The notes: generated by a model not told the origin, from the letters alone. A stretch of DNA of 64,000 nucleotides from Octopus vulgaris (GCA_951406725.2 OX597817.1:165416001-165480000); one strand, 5' to 3'. Shown: positions 29,581-42,249, numbered from the stretch's first letter. Numbers and translations are program-made.

Positions 29581-30182
29581 TTCACACAAGTGGAATTATC
29601 ACAAGTTCCATCCGCAAAATTTTCACTCAGAAAGCATTGGTCGAACCGAAAAATTTATTGAAGACATTACCCTAAGCTATCTTCAAGGAATACCTCGATT
29701 CGACTAATGCCTTGTGAGTGAACATTTAAAGGATGAAATTTGTGCTAAATTCACTAGTATGAATATGAATGTATGTATGTGTATATGTATGTATGTATTA
29801 TGTATCTATGTTTATATATGTATGCAGCCATTGTGCATACATTATGCATAAATTATGTGTGTCCATTGGGACTAAAAACGAAACCACATGGTTTAAAACC
29901 GAATTTGTGAATCATACAGTCTTCGCCAACCATTTTCGATATCTCCAGCTAGCACTGTTTAACATTGTGTATATACTTGCTTGCAATCATGAATTATGAA
30001 TTTCAGTGTTATGCACTGCATCGTTGACACGGATATCCAGAGTCGACGCACAAATGCAAATATTTGTTATTTCTTAAAATTGATATATCAGAGTTTTAGC
30101 AGCCATTGTACTTTATGTAGATGTTACTTAAAAAAGATGTACAGATGCTAAAGAGGTATGCTTGTAATTTTACAGGTTGAAA

Positions 30183-30252
30183 ATGTATTTTGCATTCTGT
30201 ATCATTATGGCAATATCAGTGATGATTGATATAGCATCACCCATGCCTCAAG
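30183..30252 (+). CDS. Candidate first coding exon encoding a signal peptide (MYFAFCIIMAISVMIDIASPMPQ); exon 30176-30252
   Basis: Acceptor ttttacag at 30175, aaaATG, hydrophobic stretch, consensus donor AAG|gtaagt in phase 1; non-repetitive context. Confidence 0.55.
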
Positions 30253-30429
30253 GTAAGTAACACATTTGCACATTATCCAAATGTTCTTTTCGTTCACCTC
30301 ATGATAGTAGACCTATATTTGATTATGATAGTAGACCTGTATTTGATTATTAAATGTACAGCATATATGGTGTATAGAATATATAATCGCTTATCATATA
30401 TTAGAGAATATATGATATAAACACAAACA

Positions 30430-31700
30430 ATTTTACAATCAGCCAAATTCTGTGGTAATATCTGTGAGCCACGTTTAAACACATTCAACGAATACACCGT
30501 GTTTTTATAGCAGATATACAGCTTATAATAGAGACCTTCCATTGACATTGCTCTTGCATCTTCTCCTTTGTCCTGTTCTTGCCGCTAAGGCTATCATCTT
30601 TACGACATGTTCTCTTCAGGAGTTCCACAGAATTCAACAGTACGTTATAGCGAGCGTACTTTCGCTTGGCTGTGACTCTCGAAGACATAGAAGCAGTCAG
30701 ACACAGAGTTTTGCGTTTACAGCTCGTTAACAGACAGAAGCATCATTATTTTGAGCCGTAAACACAAAAATCATGTCACTACCAGCTTCTGCATCATTCA
30801 AAGGTATAGCCAAATGAAATCACACCCGTTTAAAACGTACTCGCTGATTCAAAGGGTTCACAGAAGCTACTTCAAGAAATGGAAATACTCGACAGTGATT
30901 TCTGCTCCAAACATGCAGCCATTCTATCCTATTATCTACCCAACTATCAATGCTGATTTTCATATCATGAATGTGATGGAAATCACGATAAATACTGGTT
31001 TCTCTCAAGACATCCAGTATATCTTAAATCTTCTAAGACAATTTGTGCAATCGTAACGACTGGAGACTCACTTTGCTGTGTCGCTTCAATCAGCGCAAGC
31101 CAGTTTTGCAGAGAGTAACTTCTTTATCACAGTTCACAACCGCCATATATAACCCACACTCAGTACTGGGAATAATGAAATAGTCTTTAAAAGAACCATC
31201 TTCGTAACAGTAGCTTATTTTGTCATTGATATCAACCAATAATTAATTTTCTATGAAAACATTGATAATGAAATAAGATTTGGTGGACGAGAGATCCACC
31301 AAAATTTGGATCTTATGCTATAAAATAAAACACGTAAACCTTGGGAAAGTTTATTGAAAGTAAATTTCTACTCATATCATTAAAATGTTCAATTATGTCT
31401 TGCATCGCTATAACTCCACCATTACCTTTCCAATTCTTGCACGCGATAATTTGCTCATTCTTTTCTCTTAAAACTGTTACTTTCTGGAATTCCTTCTCTT
31501 CTCATCTCTCTTAGAGATATCAATCCGTAAAAATGCTTATTTAGTTACCCCTGCTGGTAACTTATTATGTATTGGTTTGAGAAAATAAATTAGATTTCTA
31601 AATTGACATAATTTTCATTTACATTTTGAAATATTGATTTCTACACGTTAGACTTCTAATGTAACGCTCTGTCGTCCATGCATTTGTCTGATAAAGATCA
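30430..31700 (-). pseudogene. Possible heavily decayed piggyBac-like transposase
   Basis: Faint, ordered remnants: MSRN near 31375, and KRTCRK...KVS..C..C...CLNVAH resembling the Cys-rich C-terminus; many stops. Confidence 0.3.
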
Positions 31701-31954
31701 ACGTAAATAAAAGGATAGAGTTCATACAAGCAAAGGTTTTGAATTAAGATAAAGGAAACAGATTTAAAAGAATCGTGTGCGCGTGTGCGTGTGAGCGCGT
31801 GTGTATGTATGGTGTGTAACTGGCAGAATTGTTAAATTACCGGCCAAAATGCTTAGCGACATTTCGTCCGTCTGAGTTCAAATTCCGCCGAGATCGACTT
31901 TGCCTTTCATCCTTTCGGGGTCGATAAAATAAATATCTGTTGTTGTAATCGACT

Positions 31955-32017
<63 letters not shown>

Positions 32018-32372
32018 AAAAAATAAACTAGTTAGGCAAACGTGTCTACAAAGTATAGTTACAAAGAGAAACAAAGATGGAAGTTCATCTGTGTACCATA
32101 AAGCTACGAGATTGAATTAAACTTAGGACTTAGACAAAAGCAGATAGGAAATGAATACCATGTACATGTACTTTGATTTTCAAACACCATACACTGGCAT
32201 TAAAGCGTCTATGTTATTTTCTAATTTTGGCAGACTTAACTGTTACGGATTGTTATAAAGAATGCAAAAACACTTTTCATCGTGAAGGTGAGGAGCAAAT
32301 GAAAGAAACAAAGTTTTATTCTTTGAAGTGCCTTGTTTATTGCCGAACTTTTTAAACAGCTGTAATTTATTA

Positions 32373-32413
<41 letters not shown>

Positions 32414-32564
32414 GGGTCAAGACCCCAAAGATCACTTCTGGATTGCCTATTCTCTATAAACTTTATGTATTTTAAGTGAAATATATAATTAAAATGAAAT
32501 TCTTACTAGTCAGTTATAAATTTGTTCCGATTTCAATTACTTTATTCAAACAGAAATTTCAGAA

Positions 32565-33100
<536 letters not shown>

Positions 33101-33107
<7 letters not shown>

Positions 33108-33477
33108 TAAATTAGAGATAAAACCACTATTAGGCAAATCATACAATGAAAAACTTAAGCCAATACATAAGATTAATTAATTTAAATTATTTTAAATATA
33201 TATCAAAATTATAAAAAAAAGATAATTAGTATAACACTACGATCGTTTCATGGCTGTCCAATTCTTAAAATTTCGAGTTACAGTCATTCTTCAGGTGATT
33301 AAAATATTTAACTTAGCGAGGTTTAATGTATTGGCTTAAGTTTTTCATTGTATGATTTGCCTAATAGTGGTTTTATCTCTAATTTAATATAATATAATAT
33401 TTTACTATAAAATTGGATTCAATCCTAAATCTGATTTTTTCCCTGTAAGTTTGGATTTATTCCCTAATATTTTATTA
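33101..33477. mobile_element. (TA)n-embedded element with perfect 66-bp inverted repeats enclosing a hammerhead (Penelope-like pLTR remnant)
   Basis: 33103-33168 is the exact reverse complement of 33326-33391. Confidence 0.85.
33235..33297 (-). ncRNA. Minimal type-I hammerhead ribozyme motif
   Basis: cac-CTGAAGA-atgactgt...acagccat-GAAAC-gatc-GTA-gtg; core nucleotides intact, palindromic stem III. Confidence 0.8.
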
Positions 33478-33760
33478 TATATATATATATATATAATTTG
33501 AGGATGTGTCAACCTCATGAAGGGATGGCTGGATCCAAGGAAATACTGCTTCAATATCTAGTATTTTGGAGGAATGAAATTGCCTTAAAACAATAGGTAT
33601 ATATTAAGCAAACAGTTTATGTCCAGTTAAAAGATGAAAAGAAAATGGAGATAAGGAAGTTAGCAATTATTTATTATTAAGAAATTGGTCAGATTCGCTT
33701 CTTACAGACTTTTCAATTGATACTCAATAATTTAATTACAAATTTGTACGTTAAATTTAT

Positions 33761-33890
33761 ACCAACCACATAGTTCCGGGTTCAGTCCCACTGCGTGGCA
33801 CCTTGGGCAAGTGTCTTCTTCTATAGCCTCGGGCCGACCAAAGCTTTGTGAGTGGATTTGGTGGACGGAAACTAAAAGAAGCCCGTCGTA

Positions 33891-33929
<39 letters not shown>

Positions 33930-34180
33930 GTGTGTGTATGTGTGTGTATGTGTGTGTGCGTGTTTGTTTGTGTGTCTGTGTTTGTCCCCCTAGCATTGCT
34001 TGACAACCGATGCTGGTGTGTTTATGTTCCCCGTCACTTTGCGGTTCGGCAAAAGAGATCCGATAGAATAAGTACTGGGCATACAAAGAATAAGTCCCGG
34101 GGTTCGAGTTGCTCGATTAAAGGCGGTGCTCCAGCATGGCCGCAGTCAAAATGACTGAAACAAGTAAAAAGAGAAAAGAG
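33761..34180 (+). mobile_element. SINE A, 5'-truncated
   Basis: Begins at accaaccaca. Confidence 0.95.
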
Positions 34181-34447
34181 AATATATTTAGTATAATTTC
34201 ATCAGCGAGAAAAAATGGTGTTACCCGGGGATGTTTGTATGTGGGCTTACCAATTCATTTCAACAGACAAAACGTTACGGTTTATTATTTGTATTATTAT
34301 ATACTAAAAGTGAGGGCTTTAGATGTAAATTTAATATTTACTTAATATTTACTGAGTATTAATTGAAGCAGCTGTAAATGAAGATGATTAATTTGCTGTT
34401 AATAACAATTATCAACTTCCTAATTTCCATGTTCTTCTTTTTCTTTT

Positions 34448-34850
34448 GAGTGGCTGTGTGGTAAGTAGCTTGCTAACCAACCACATGGTTCCGGGTTCAG
34501 TCCCACTGCATGGCATCTTGGGCAAGTGTCTTCTGTTATAGCCCCGGGCCGACCAATGCCCTGTGAGTGGATTTGGTAGATGGAAACTGAAAGAAGCCTG
34601 TTGTATATATGTATATTTATATGAGTATGTGTGTAAATGTTTGTGTGTCTGTGTTTGTCCCCCTAGCATTGCTTGACAACCGATGCTGGTGTGTTTATGT
34701 TCCCCGTCACTTTGCGGTTCGGCAAAAGAGACCGATAGAATAAGTACTGGGCTTACAAAGAATAAGTCCCGGGGTCGGTTTGCTCGACTAAAGGCGGTGC
34801 TCCAGCATGGCCGCAGTCAAATGACTGAAACAAGTAAAAGAGTAAAGAGT
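34448..34850 (+). mobile_element. SINE A
   Basis: Homology to A consensus; tail-to-tail with the next copy. Confidence 0.95.
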
Positions 34851-34869
34851 ATATGTTTTATATATATAC

Positions 34870-35280
34870 TTCTTTTACTCTTTTACTTGTTTCAGTCATT
34901 TGACTGTGGCCATGCTGGAGCACCGCCTTTAGTCGAGCAAATCGACCGCAGGACTTACTCTTTGTAAGCCCTGTACTTATTCGATCGGTCACTTTTGCTG
35001 AACAGCAGAATTGTGAAGCGATGTTGGGGGTGACAAACACAGACACACAAACATATACACATACATACATATATATATATACATATATACGACGAGCTTC
35101 TTTCAGTTTCCGTCTACCAAATCCACTCAGAAGGCTTTGGCCTGCCCGAGTCTATAGTAGAACGCACTTGCCCAAGGTGCCACGCAGTGGGACTGAACCC
35201 GGAACCATGTGGTTGGTATAAATTTAACGTACAAATTTGTAATTAAATTATTGAGTATCAATTGAAAAGTCCTACGCCTA
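34870..35280 (-). mobile_element. SINE A whose A-box segment is replaced by ~54 bp matching 33707-33760
   Basis: Minus strand taggcgtag-gacttttcaattg...aaatttat-accaaccacatgg. Confidence 0.85.
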
Positions 35281-35291
35281 AGTTAACTAGC

Positions 35292-35363
35292 CTCCCCGGC
35301 GGGGAATCGAACCCCGGTCTCCCGCGTGACAGGCGGGGATACTTACCACTATACTACCGAGGA
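35292..35363 (-). tRNA. trnD-GUC: tRNA-Asp(GTC)
   Basis: TCCTCGGTAGTATAGTGGTAAGTATCCCCGCCTGTCACGCGGGAGACCGGGGTTCGATTCCCCGCCGGGGAG; 72 nt, canonical cloverleaf, A and B boxes. Confidence 0.95.
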
Positions 35364-35830
35364 TTGCCTCGGTAGTATAGTGGTATACTTTAAGGAAATT
35401 ACTTCTCCCCAAATACTAGGTATTGAACCAGTATTTCCTTGGATGAAACCATCTCTTCATGAGGTTAACACAACCTCTAATCGAATATGAATGTAAATCG
35501 GTGCATTGTTCATTGTATTATGTCGTCTAGCTGGCATCTGTATCGTCATAAATGCATCATAATTTAACCAGCTGTTACAAACGTCAACCATTTCAATTCA
35601 GGTATTTCATTTATTATTATTCAGTTTTACATAAACAATAAGTCTTGACAAGATCTGAATATAAGGCAAAGTCATAAATACATGCACTGCTATATATGTA
35701 TATATACACCTAGGTCAAGAAATAGTGATGTCTAAGGATGCAAGTTAGTAATTAGTATCATCTTTGAAATAATATATACTGTGTATAAATGTATTTTGTA
35801 GTGGGTGACCAAGATTTCAATGCATATATA

Positions 35831-36303
35831 CCGTAAATCCGCGAGTATAATCTGCATTTTTTCCCCAAAATTTAAAGGTCAAAATCTCTAGTGCGTACTA
35901 TATACGGGGTTAAAAATGAAAATTATTTTCTAAGCAATGTCCGGCAATGTTTATTCAGACGCATTTTGTGATGTCGGGCGCGAAAATACCTTGAACTAAG
36001 CCTGAAGGCAATGAACTCATAAAAGAATCATCCGTAACTTGCAGTAAGCAACATTTATTAAACGTTATTACTGTTATTTGTTTATTTTCTGCAAACGAAA
36101 TGCACAAAAAAGCTACACGTTTGCATTATGTTATATATACAATAACAATAAAGGACGTTACCGTATTCATTTTTACAAACCAAGGACGTTATATAGACCT
36201 CCTTGACTCAAGTTAGAGAAGGTTTAGGTTTTTCAGAGGTACAGCCCCCTAAAAATCCCCTGCTTATTATACTCAAGGGCGGATTATACTCGAGGATTTA
36301 CGG
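35831..36303. mobile_element. Non-autonomous Tc2/pogo-type DNA transposon
   Basis: ~25-bp TIRs ccgtaaatccgcgagtataatctgc / gcggattatactcgaggatttacgg, flanked by TA on both sides. Confidence 0.9.
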
Positions 36304-36426
36304 TAGTTAGATTTCACAAATGATGAACAACGTTACGAAGATAAACATATCTTAATGAATGGAATGTCTTCATGTTGCCAGAATAGGAATGCTTAAAAAT
36401 AATATTAACTATATTGTGAGTAAGGA

Positions 36427-37304
36427 TACGGGAGTACCCAAAAGAAACCGGAATTTTACAATACTATTTTATTCACTTAGTTTATCATGTTTACACTTTT
36501 ATCGCTTTCAAAGTATTCTCCACTTTGAAGCAATGCATCGGTCTAGGAGCGTTTTCTACAATTCGAAGCAGTGCTGGAACTCTTTCGAAGTGATACGTTT
36601 TAACACCTCCGTGGTTTTTTTTTTTTTTTTTGTCTTCACTTCTTCCACATATGCAAATTCCGTAGCACCAGCTTTCGTCACCTGTGATAACCGTCGGAAA
36701 AAAAGTCCAGATCAACTTCCAACTGTTCTTTCAGTTCACGACACGCATTTAGTCGTGACTGCTTTTAATTTGTAACACAAATTTTGCTACAACGCTTTTC
36801 ATTCGCAATTCCCCGCTCAAAATTCAGTGGATACACCAGTCACATCAACAAGTTCGTCAACTCTTTGGCGACCATCCTCGAAGATCAGTTCGTGAATTTT
36901 GGTGATGTCTTCATTCGTTCGAGAGGTCGACGGTCACTCTGAAAGAGGTTGGTCTTCAAGAGAAAAGTGACCATTCTTAAAGTGTGAAAAACCACTCGTA
37001 AACTTGTGTTTTACTCATGGCAGCGTCCTTGTAAGCTGTTTGAAGCATGACATCTGTTTCAGCCCTCGTTTTTACCCAGCAGAAAACAGAATTTCGTTTC
37101 AGCCACTGCAAAAGTCAACGAACAGGAGAGAAGCACGGCAAAACAGAGACGTACCACCTAGCAAGTACGACCTCACTGGACGACGCTGGCCGGTAGACTG
37201 ATGCCCAAGGGTTGTATCAAGTAGCTTCTAGCGGTGGAAGCCTGAACTACAATGGTTTTGCCCCATAGAGAACGCTTCCGGTTCCTTTTGGGTACCCCTT
37301 CATA
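36427..37304 (-). mobile_element. Internally deleted mariner element with both TIRs
   Basis: TIRs gtacccaaaagaaaccggaa / ttccggttccttttgggtac; encodes TVITGDESWCY (first catalytic D) and GHFSLEDQP... Confidence 0.9.
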
Positions 37305-37582
37305 CAATAAATACAAACAGATAATGTTCAGATTCGAGCAGATACCTAAAATCCAATAACAAATGATGGGAAACGGAACCTGGGAAACAATACCTAGCTA
37401 TGGGCAATGTAGCGGTCGCACTAATGAACTATATTAGGTGAAAGTTTGCTTTAAGCAAGCAATATAACCCCTTCTACATTTTTTAGTTTTGGGATTTTCA
37501 GAAAAGTTTTGCGAATTTATATTCTACGCACGGGTATTTATACGATTATGCAAAAAAAGAAAATGATCTGGTGCACGATTTA

Positions 37583-37968
37583 GGAGGAAGCACTCCGTCG
37601 GTTACGGCGACGAGGGTTCCGGTTGATCCGATCAACGGAACAGCCTGCTCGTGAAATTAACGTGTAAGTGGCTGAGCACTCCACAGACACGTGTACCCTT
37701 AACGTAGTTCTCGGGGATATTCAGCGTGACACAGAGAGTGACAAGGCCGGCCCTTTGAAATACAGGTACAACAGAAACAGGGAGTAAGAGTGAGAGAAAG
37801 TTGTGGTGAAAGAGTACAGCAGGGATCACCACCATCCCCTGTCGGAGCCTCGTGAAGCTTTAGGTGTTTTCGCTCAATAAACACTCACAACGCCCGATCT
37901 GGGAATCGAAACCGCGATCCTACGACCGCGAGTCCGCTGCCCTAACTACTGGGCCATTGCGCCTCCAC
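37583..37968 (-). mobile_element. SINE C with 10-bp TSD
   Basis: gcacgattta at 37573-37582 and 37969-37978. Confidence 0.97.
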
Positions 37969-38176
37969 GCACGATTTAAGAACTACTTTGCTGTCATTTT
38001 TAGTACATTTCGTGACCACCTCATTTGTTTGTCAGACTAACGTATTGATGTTCCATTGCTGGGATTTAAGCCCCAAAATTCAGACTGTCCATTTTAAACA
38101 GTGATTTTAAAGAAGATTAGGAAAATTAAAAGAAAACAATTTTTTATGGTCGTGTGAATTTCCTTGTGTAGAATAC

Positions 38177-38321
38177 TATTAGGTTGTCCCAAAAGTTCGT
38201 AAACACTTGCGAAAATTGAATTTTTACTCGCCAAGTACTAACAAAAACAACAAAAATTATTCCTCAAAATAAAGACCATTATTTTCCAAGACTTTCTACG
38301 AACTTTTCGGACAACCTTATA
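38177..38321. mobile_element. ~145-bp mariner-type MITE
   Basis: TIRs aggttgtcccaaaagttcgta / tacgaacttttcggacaacct with TA ends. Confidence 0.85.
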
Positions 38322-38394
38322 ATTTGCAAAACTTTTCTGAAAATTACAAAAAATAAAAAAAATTATGAAGGATTAATGCAGAATTCCGCCCTAT

Positions 38395-39530
38395 ATTCTT
38401 TTCTAATCTAGGCGCAATGCAGAAAATTGTGGGGGAGGGGGCCAGTCGATTAGATCGACTCCAGTACGCAACTGGTACTTAATTTATAGAACCCGAAAGG
38501 ATGAAAGGCAAAGCCGACCTCGGCGGAATTCGAACTCAGAACGCAGCGGCAGACGAAATACTTATTTCTTTACTACCCACAAGGGGCTAAACACAGAGGG
38601 AACAAACATGGGCAGACAAACAGACTAAGTCGATTATATCGACCCCAGTGCGTAACTGGTACTTAATTTATCGACCCCGAAAGGATGAAAGGCAAAGCCG
38701 ACCTCGGCGGAATTCGAACTCAGAACGCAGCGGCAGACGAAATACCTATTTCTTTACTACCCTCAAGGGGCTAAACACAGAGAGAACAAACATGGGCAGA
38801 CAAACAGACTAAGTCGATTATATCGACCCCAGTGCGTAACTGGTACTTAATTGATCGATCCCGAAAGGATGAAAGGCAAAGACGACCTCGGCGGAATTCG
38901 AACTCAGAACGCAGCGGCAGACGAAATACCTATTTCTTTACTACCCACAAGGGGCTAAACACAGAGAGAACAAACATGGGCAGACAAACAGACTAAGTCG
39001 ATTATATCGACCCCAGTGCGTAACTGGTACTTAATTGATCGACCCCGAAAGGATGAAAGGCAAAGCCGACCTCGGCGGAATTCGAACTCAGAACGCAGCG
39101 GCAGACGAAATACCTATTTCTTTACTACCCACAAGGGGCTAAACACAGAGAGAACAAACATGGGCAGACAAACAGACTAAGTCGATTATATCGACCCCAG
39201 TGCGTAACTGGTACTTAATTGATCGACCCCGAAAGGATGAAAGGCAAAGCCGACCTCGGCGGAATTCGAACTCAGAACGCAGCGGCAGACGAAATACCTA
39301 TTTCTTTACTACCCACAAGGGGCTAAACACAGAGAGAACAAACATGGGCAGACAAACAGACTAAGTCGATTATATCGAGCCCAGTGCGTAACTGGTACTT
39401 AATTGATCGATCCCGAAAGGATGAAAGGCAAAGTCGTCCTCGGCGGAATTTGAACTCAGAACGTAACTGCAGACGAAATACGACTACGCATTTCGCCCGG
39501 CGTGCTAACGTTTCTGGCAGCTCGCCGCCT
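38395..39530 (-). repeat. SINE B with a 184-bp internal unit repeated head-to-tail (6 cores)
   Basis: gaactcagaacg at 38532, 38716, 38900, 39084, 39268 and 39452; single head at ~39480-39530. Confidence 0.97.
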
Positions 39531-40170
39531 TCCGCTCTTTATTAACATTAATAAGCGATTAATGGGCAGAGACATCAACAACAAAAGTAGGACTTTTCGC
39601 TTCGTATATAGAATATGTGTGTTAATAAATTATCTACCAAAATGTTTTTAAAAATCATCTCCTGCGAAGGTACTGAATTGCGTTGTGCAAAAAAAGCAGT
39701 CGAGCCTAGAGAAAGGGAGGGAACTCACATGGCGTCTCTTTTTTTTTTTTATTTATCTATTTGACTCAGTAAATCAAATATTTTAAGAAGCAGAACGCAA
39801 CCCAATTTTGATAACGAGCAAAATTATGCTATTGCCACAGCAGTTGTTTCTAAAAATGTAAAAATAAAAACCTAAAGCTTGCTGATATTATTTAGGACAC
39901 TTAGTTTTATTTTTATACGTAACCATTAGCAGAATGCTGTGCTTAAATTAATCTACAGGGCAAGTTTTGAGAACTGATAACGAATAGCTTGAATCAATAA
40001 AGCAGAAATATTGCTAGAGAACACAATTTCTAATAAATACTTGAATATTTCAAATGTATCTCATAACCGATTTTTTCTTTACTGCGACACGCACGCACAC
40101 ACACACACACATATGATACGCATACACATTCACACAGACGAAACACTCACATGTGCGTGTGACAATATCT

Positions 40171-40201
<31 letters not shown>

Positions 40202-40205
40202 TATA

Positions 40206-40236
<31 letters not shown>

Positions 40237-40239
<3 letters not shown>

Positions 40240-40620
40240 CGCAGGAGTGGCTGTGTGGTAGTAGCTTGCTTACCAACCACATGGTTCTGGGTTCAGTCCC
40301 ACTGCGTGGCATCTTGGGTAAGTGTCTTCTGCTATAGCCTCGGGCCGACCAATGCCTAGTGAGTGGATTTGGTAGACGGAAACTGAAAGAAGCCTGTCGT
40401 ATATATGTATATATATGTGTGTATGTGTGTATGTGTTGCTTGACAACCGATGTCGGTGTGTTTACGTCCCCGTAACTTAGCGGTTCGGCAAAAGAGATCC
40501 GATAGAATAAGTACTGGGCTTACAAAGAATAAGTCTCGAGGTTGATTTGCTCGACTAAAGGCGGTGCTCCAGCATGGCCGCAGTCAAATGACTGAAACAA
40601 GTAAAAGAGTAAAAGAGTAA
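40237..40620 (+). mobile_element. SINE A, full length
   Basis: Homology to A consensus. Confidence 0.95.
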
Positions 40621-40634
40621 ATATATATTTATAC

Positions 40635-40683
<49 letters not shown>

Positions 40684-40771
40684 CACATAAGTATGTATGT
40701 ATGTATGGTTGGTGTGTTAATTAAAAAGGCATTAAAATGATTCTCCTTAGACACAATATATATATATATAC

Positions 40772-40809
<38 letters not shown>

Positions 40810-41169
40810 TAATATAAATATATAGGTATATGCATATATACATACATACATATATGTACATACCTACTTATATATGTATATATACATGCATATATGGGTA
40901 CAGGACATCAAAAAAACGTTGACTAGAATAGAGAAACGAAAACAAAAAAAAAAACATAGAAAACGAACTTTTTTTTCGAACAACGGAAAAAACAGAGAAA
41001 CGTGACATGCAACATAAAGAATATTCTCCTTCATCAGTTGTCTACGTATGTATATGTATAGAAATTCAGGGTGAGTACTTGATAATTGTAAGCACCTGTA
41101 TATACCGTTTGGTGGTGTAGGTGGTGGAGTAAATTAATCAAAAAAAAAAAACATGATGCCAAGGATTCA

Positions 41170-41247
41170 GCGGTACATATGTTTCGGGCCTTTATTAGAC
41201 GGATTTATAACAATGTATAATGTGTGTCTATGGCCTTCTTCAGCCGC
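41170..41247 (-). ncRNA. Minimal type-I hammerhead ribozyme motif
   Basis: gcgg-CTGAAGA-aggccatagac...gtctaataaaggccc-GAAAC-atat-GTA-ccgc; intact core, palindromic stem III, A:C at the base of stem II. Confidence 0.8.
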
Positions 41248-41664
41248 GCACAACTACTACCTCAAGGACATGTATTACATCAAGAATTCTACGTTGGGGA
41301 TGCAAATCCTCTCATTCGCGTACGACATAATGCGGCAACAGCATAAATATGAAGCGTCCATCTCGTCCTTCTCTCAATGTAGAATGAGGAAGTTTGGATG
41401 TTGAGGTAATATAAATAAATGAATAAATAAATATATACATATATAAAATACAGACAGACGTGAAGGAACCTGGTAATAAGAGCAAATAGGGATAAAGATG
41501 GAGGGGCGAGAATTCAGGACGAAGGATAAAAAAATATATAAAATGTGTAAGTATAGAAAAGATATAGAGATATAAAAAATATAAAAATATAAATGAATAT
41601 AAAGGTATAAAGTTATAAAAAAATAAATTAAAAAAAATATGTATATGTATTTTTTTTTTTTAAA

Positions 41665-41984
41665 GACTCCGCCGGTTACGACGACGAGGGTCCCAGCTGA
41701 TACGATCAACGGAACAGCTTGCTCGTGAAATTAACGTGCAAATGGCTGAGCATTCCACAGACACGTGTACCCTTAACGTAGTTCTCGGGGATAATCAGCG
41801 TGACACAGAGAGTGACAAGGCTGACCCTTTGAAATACAAGTACAACTCATTTTTGCCAGCTGAGTGGACTGGAGCAACGTGAAATAAAGTGTCTTGCTCA
41901 AGGACACAACGCGTCGCCGGGAATCGAACTCACAACCTTACGATCATGAGCCGAATGCCCTAACCACTAAGCCACGCGCCCTCA
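41665..41984 (-). mobile_element. Chimeric SINE: D-type head and core, C-type tail
   Basis: Core matches 50490-50550; tail matches 25380-25560. Confidence 0.9.
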
Positions 41985-42249
41985 TATGTATATGTATAAA
42001 TATATATATATATACATATAAATAAATAAATAGATATATATACACATAAATAAATACACACACATACAAAACGTTTCGGGGGTAAATTTGACGATATTTT
42101 GTCACCCTTTTTGGAGAAGCGTTTGATATATTTATGGGTAAACATTCAAAACAGTTAACGGCATTGGGACAATAAGATTACATTTGTACCTGTGAAAACC
42201 TTGGCTGACACTCAGGCCTGGAACCTATCTGAATATTGTAAAATAATTC

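Larger units (their letters stand above)
37468..38372. mobile_element. Old long-TIR element interrupted by a SINE C and a MITE
   Basis: ~37468-37555 is inverted relative to 38140-38176 plus 38322-38372 (ttttcagaaaagttttgc / gcaaaacttttctgaaaa). Confidence 0.7.

Noticed and set aside
38395-39530. Regularly spaced repeats superficially like a CRISPR array
   Set aside because: Whole 184-bp units repeat with no unique spacers; SINE-derived, eukaryotic context, no cas genes
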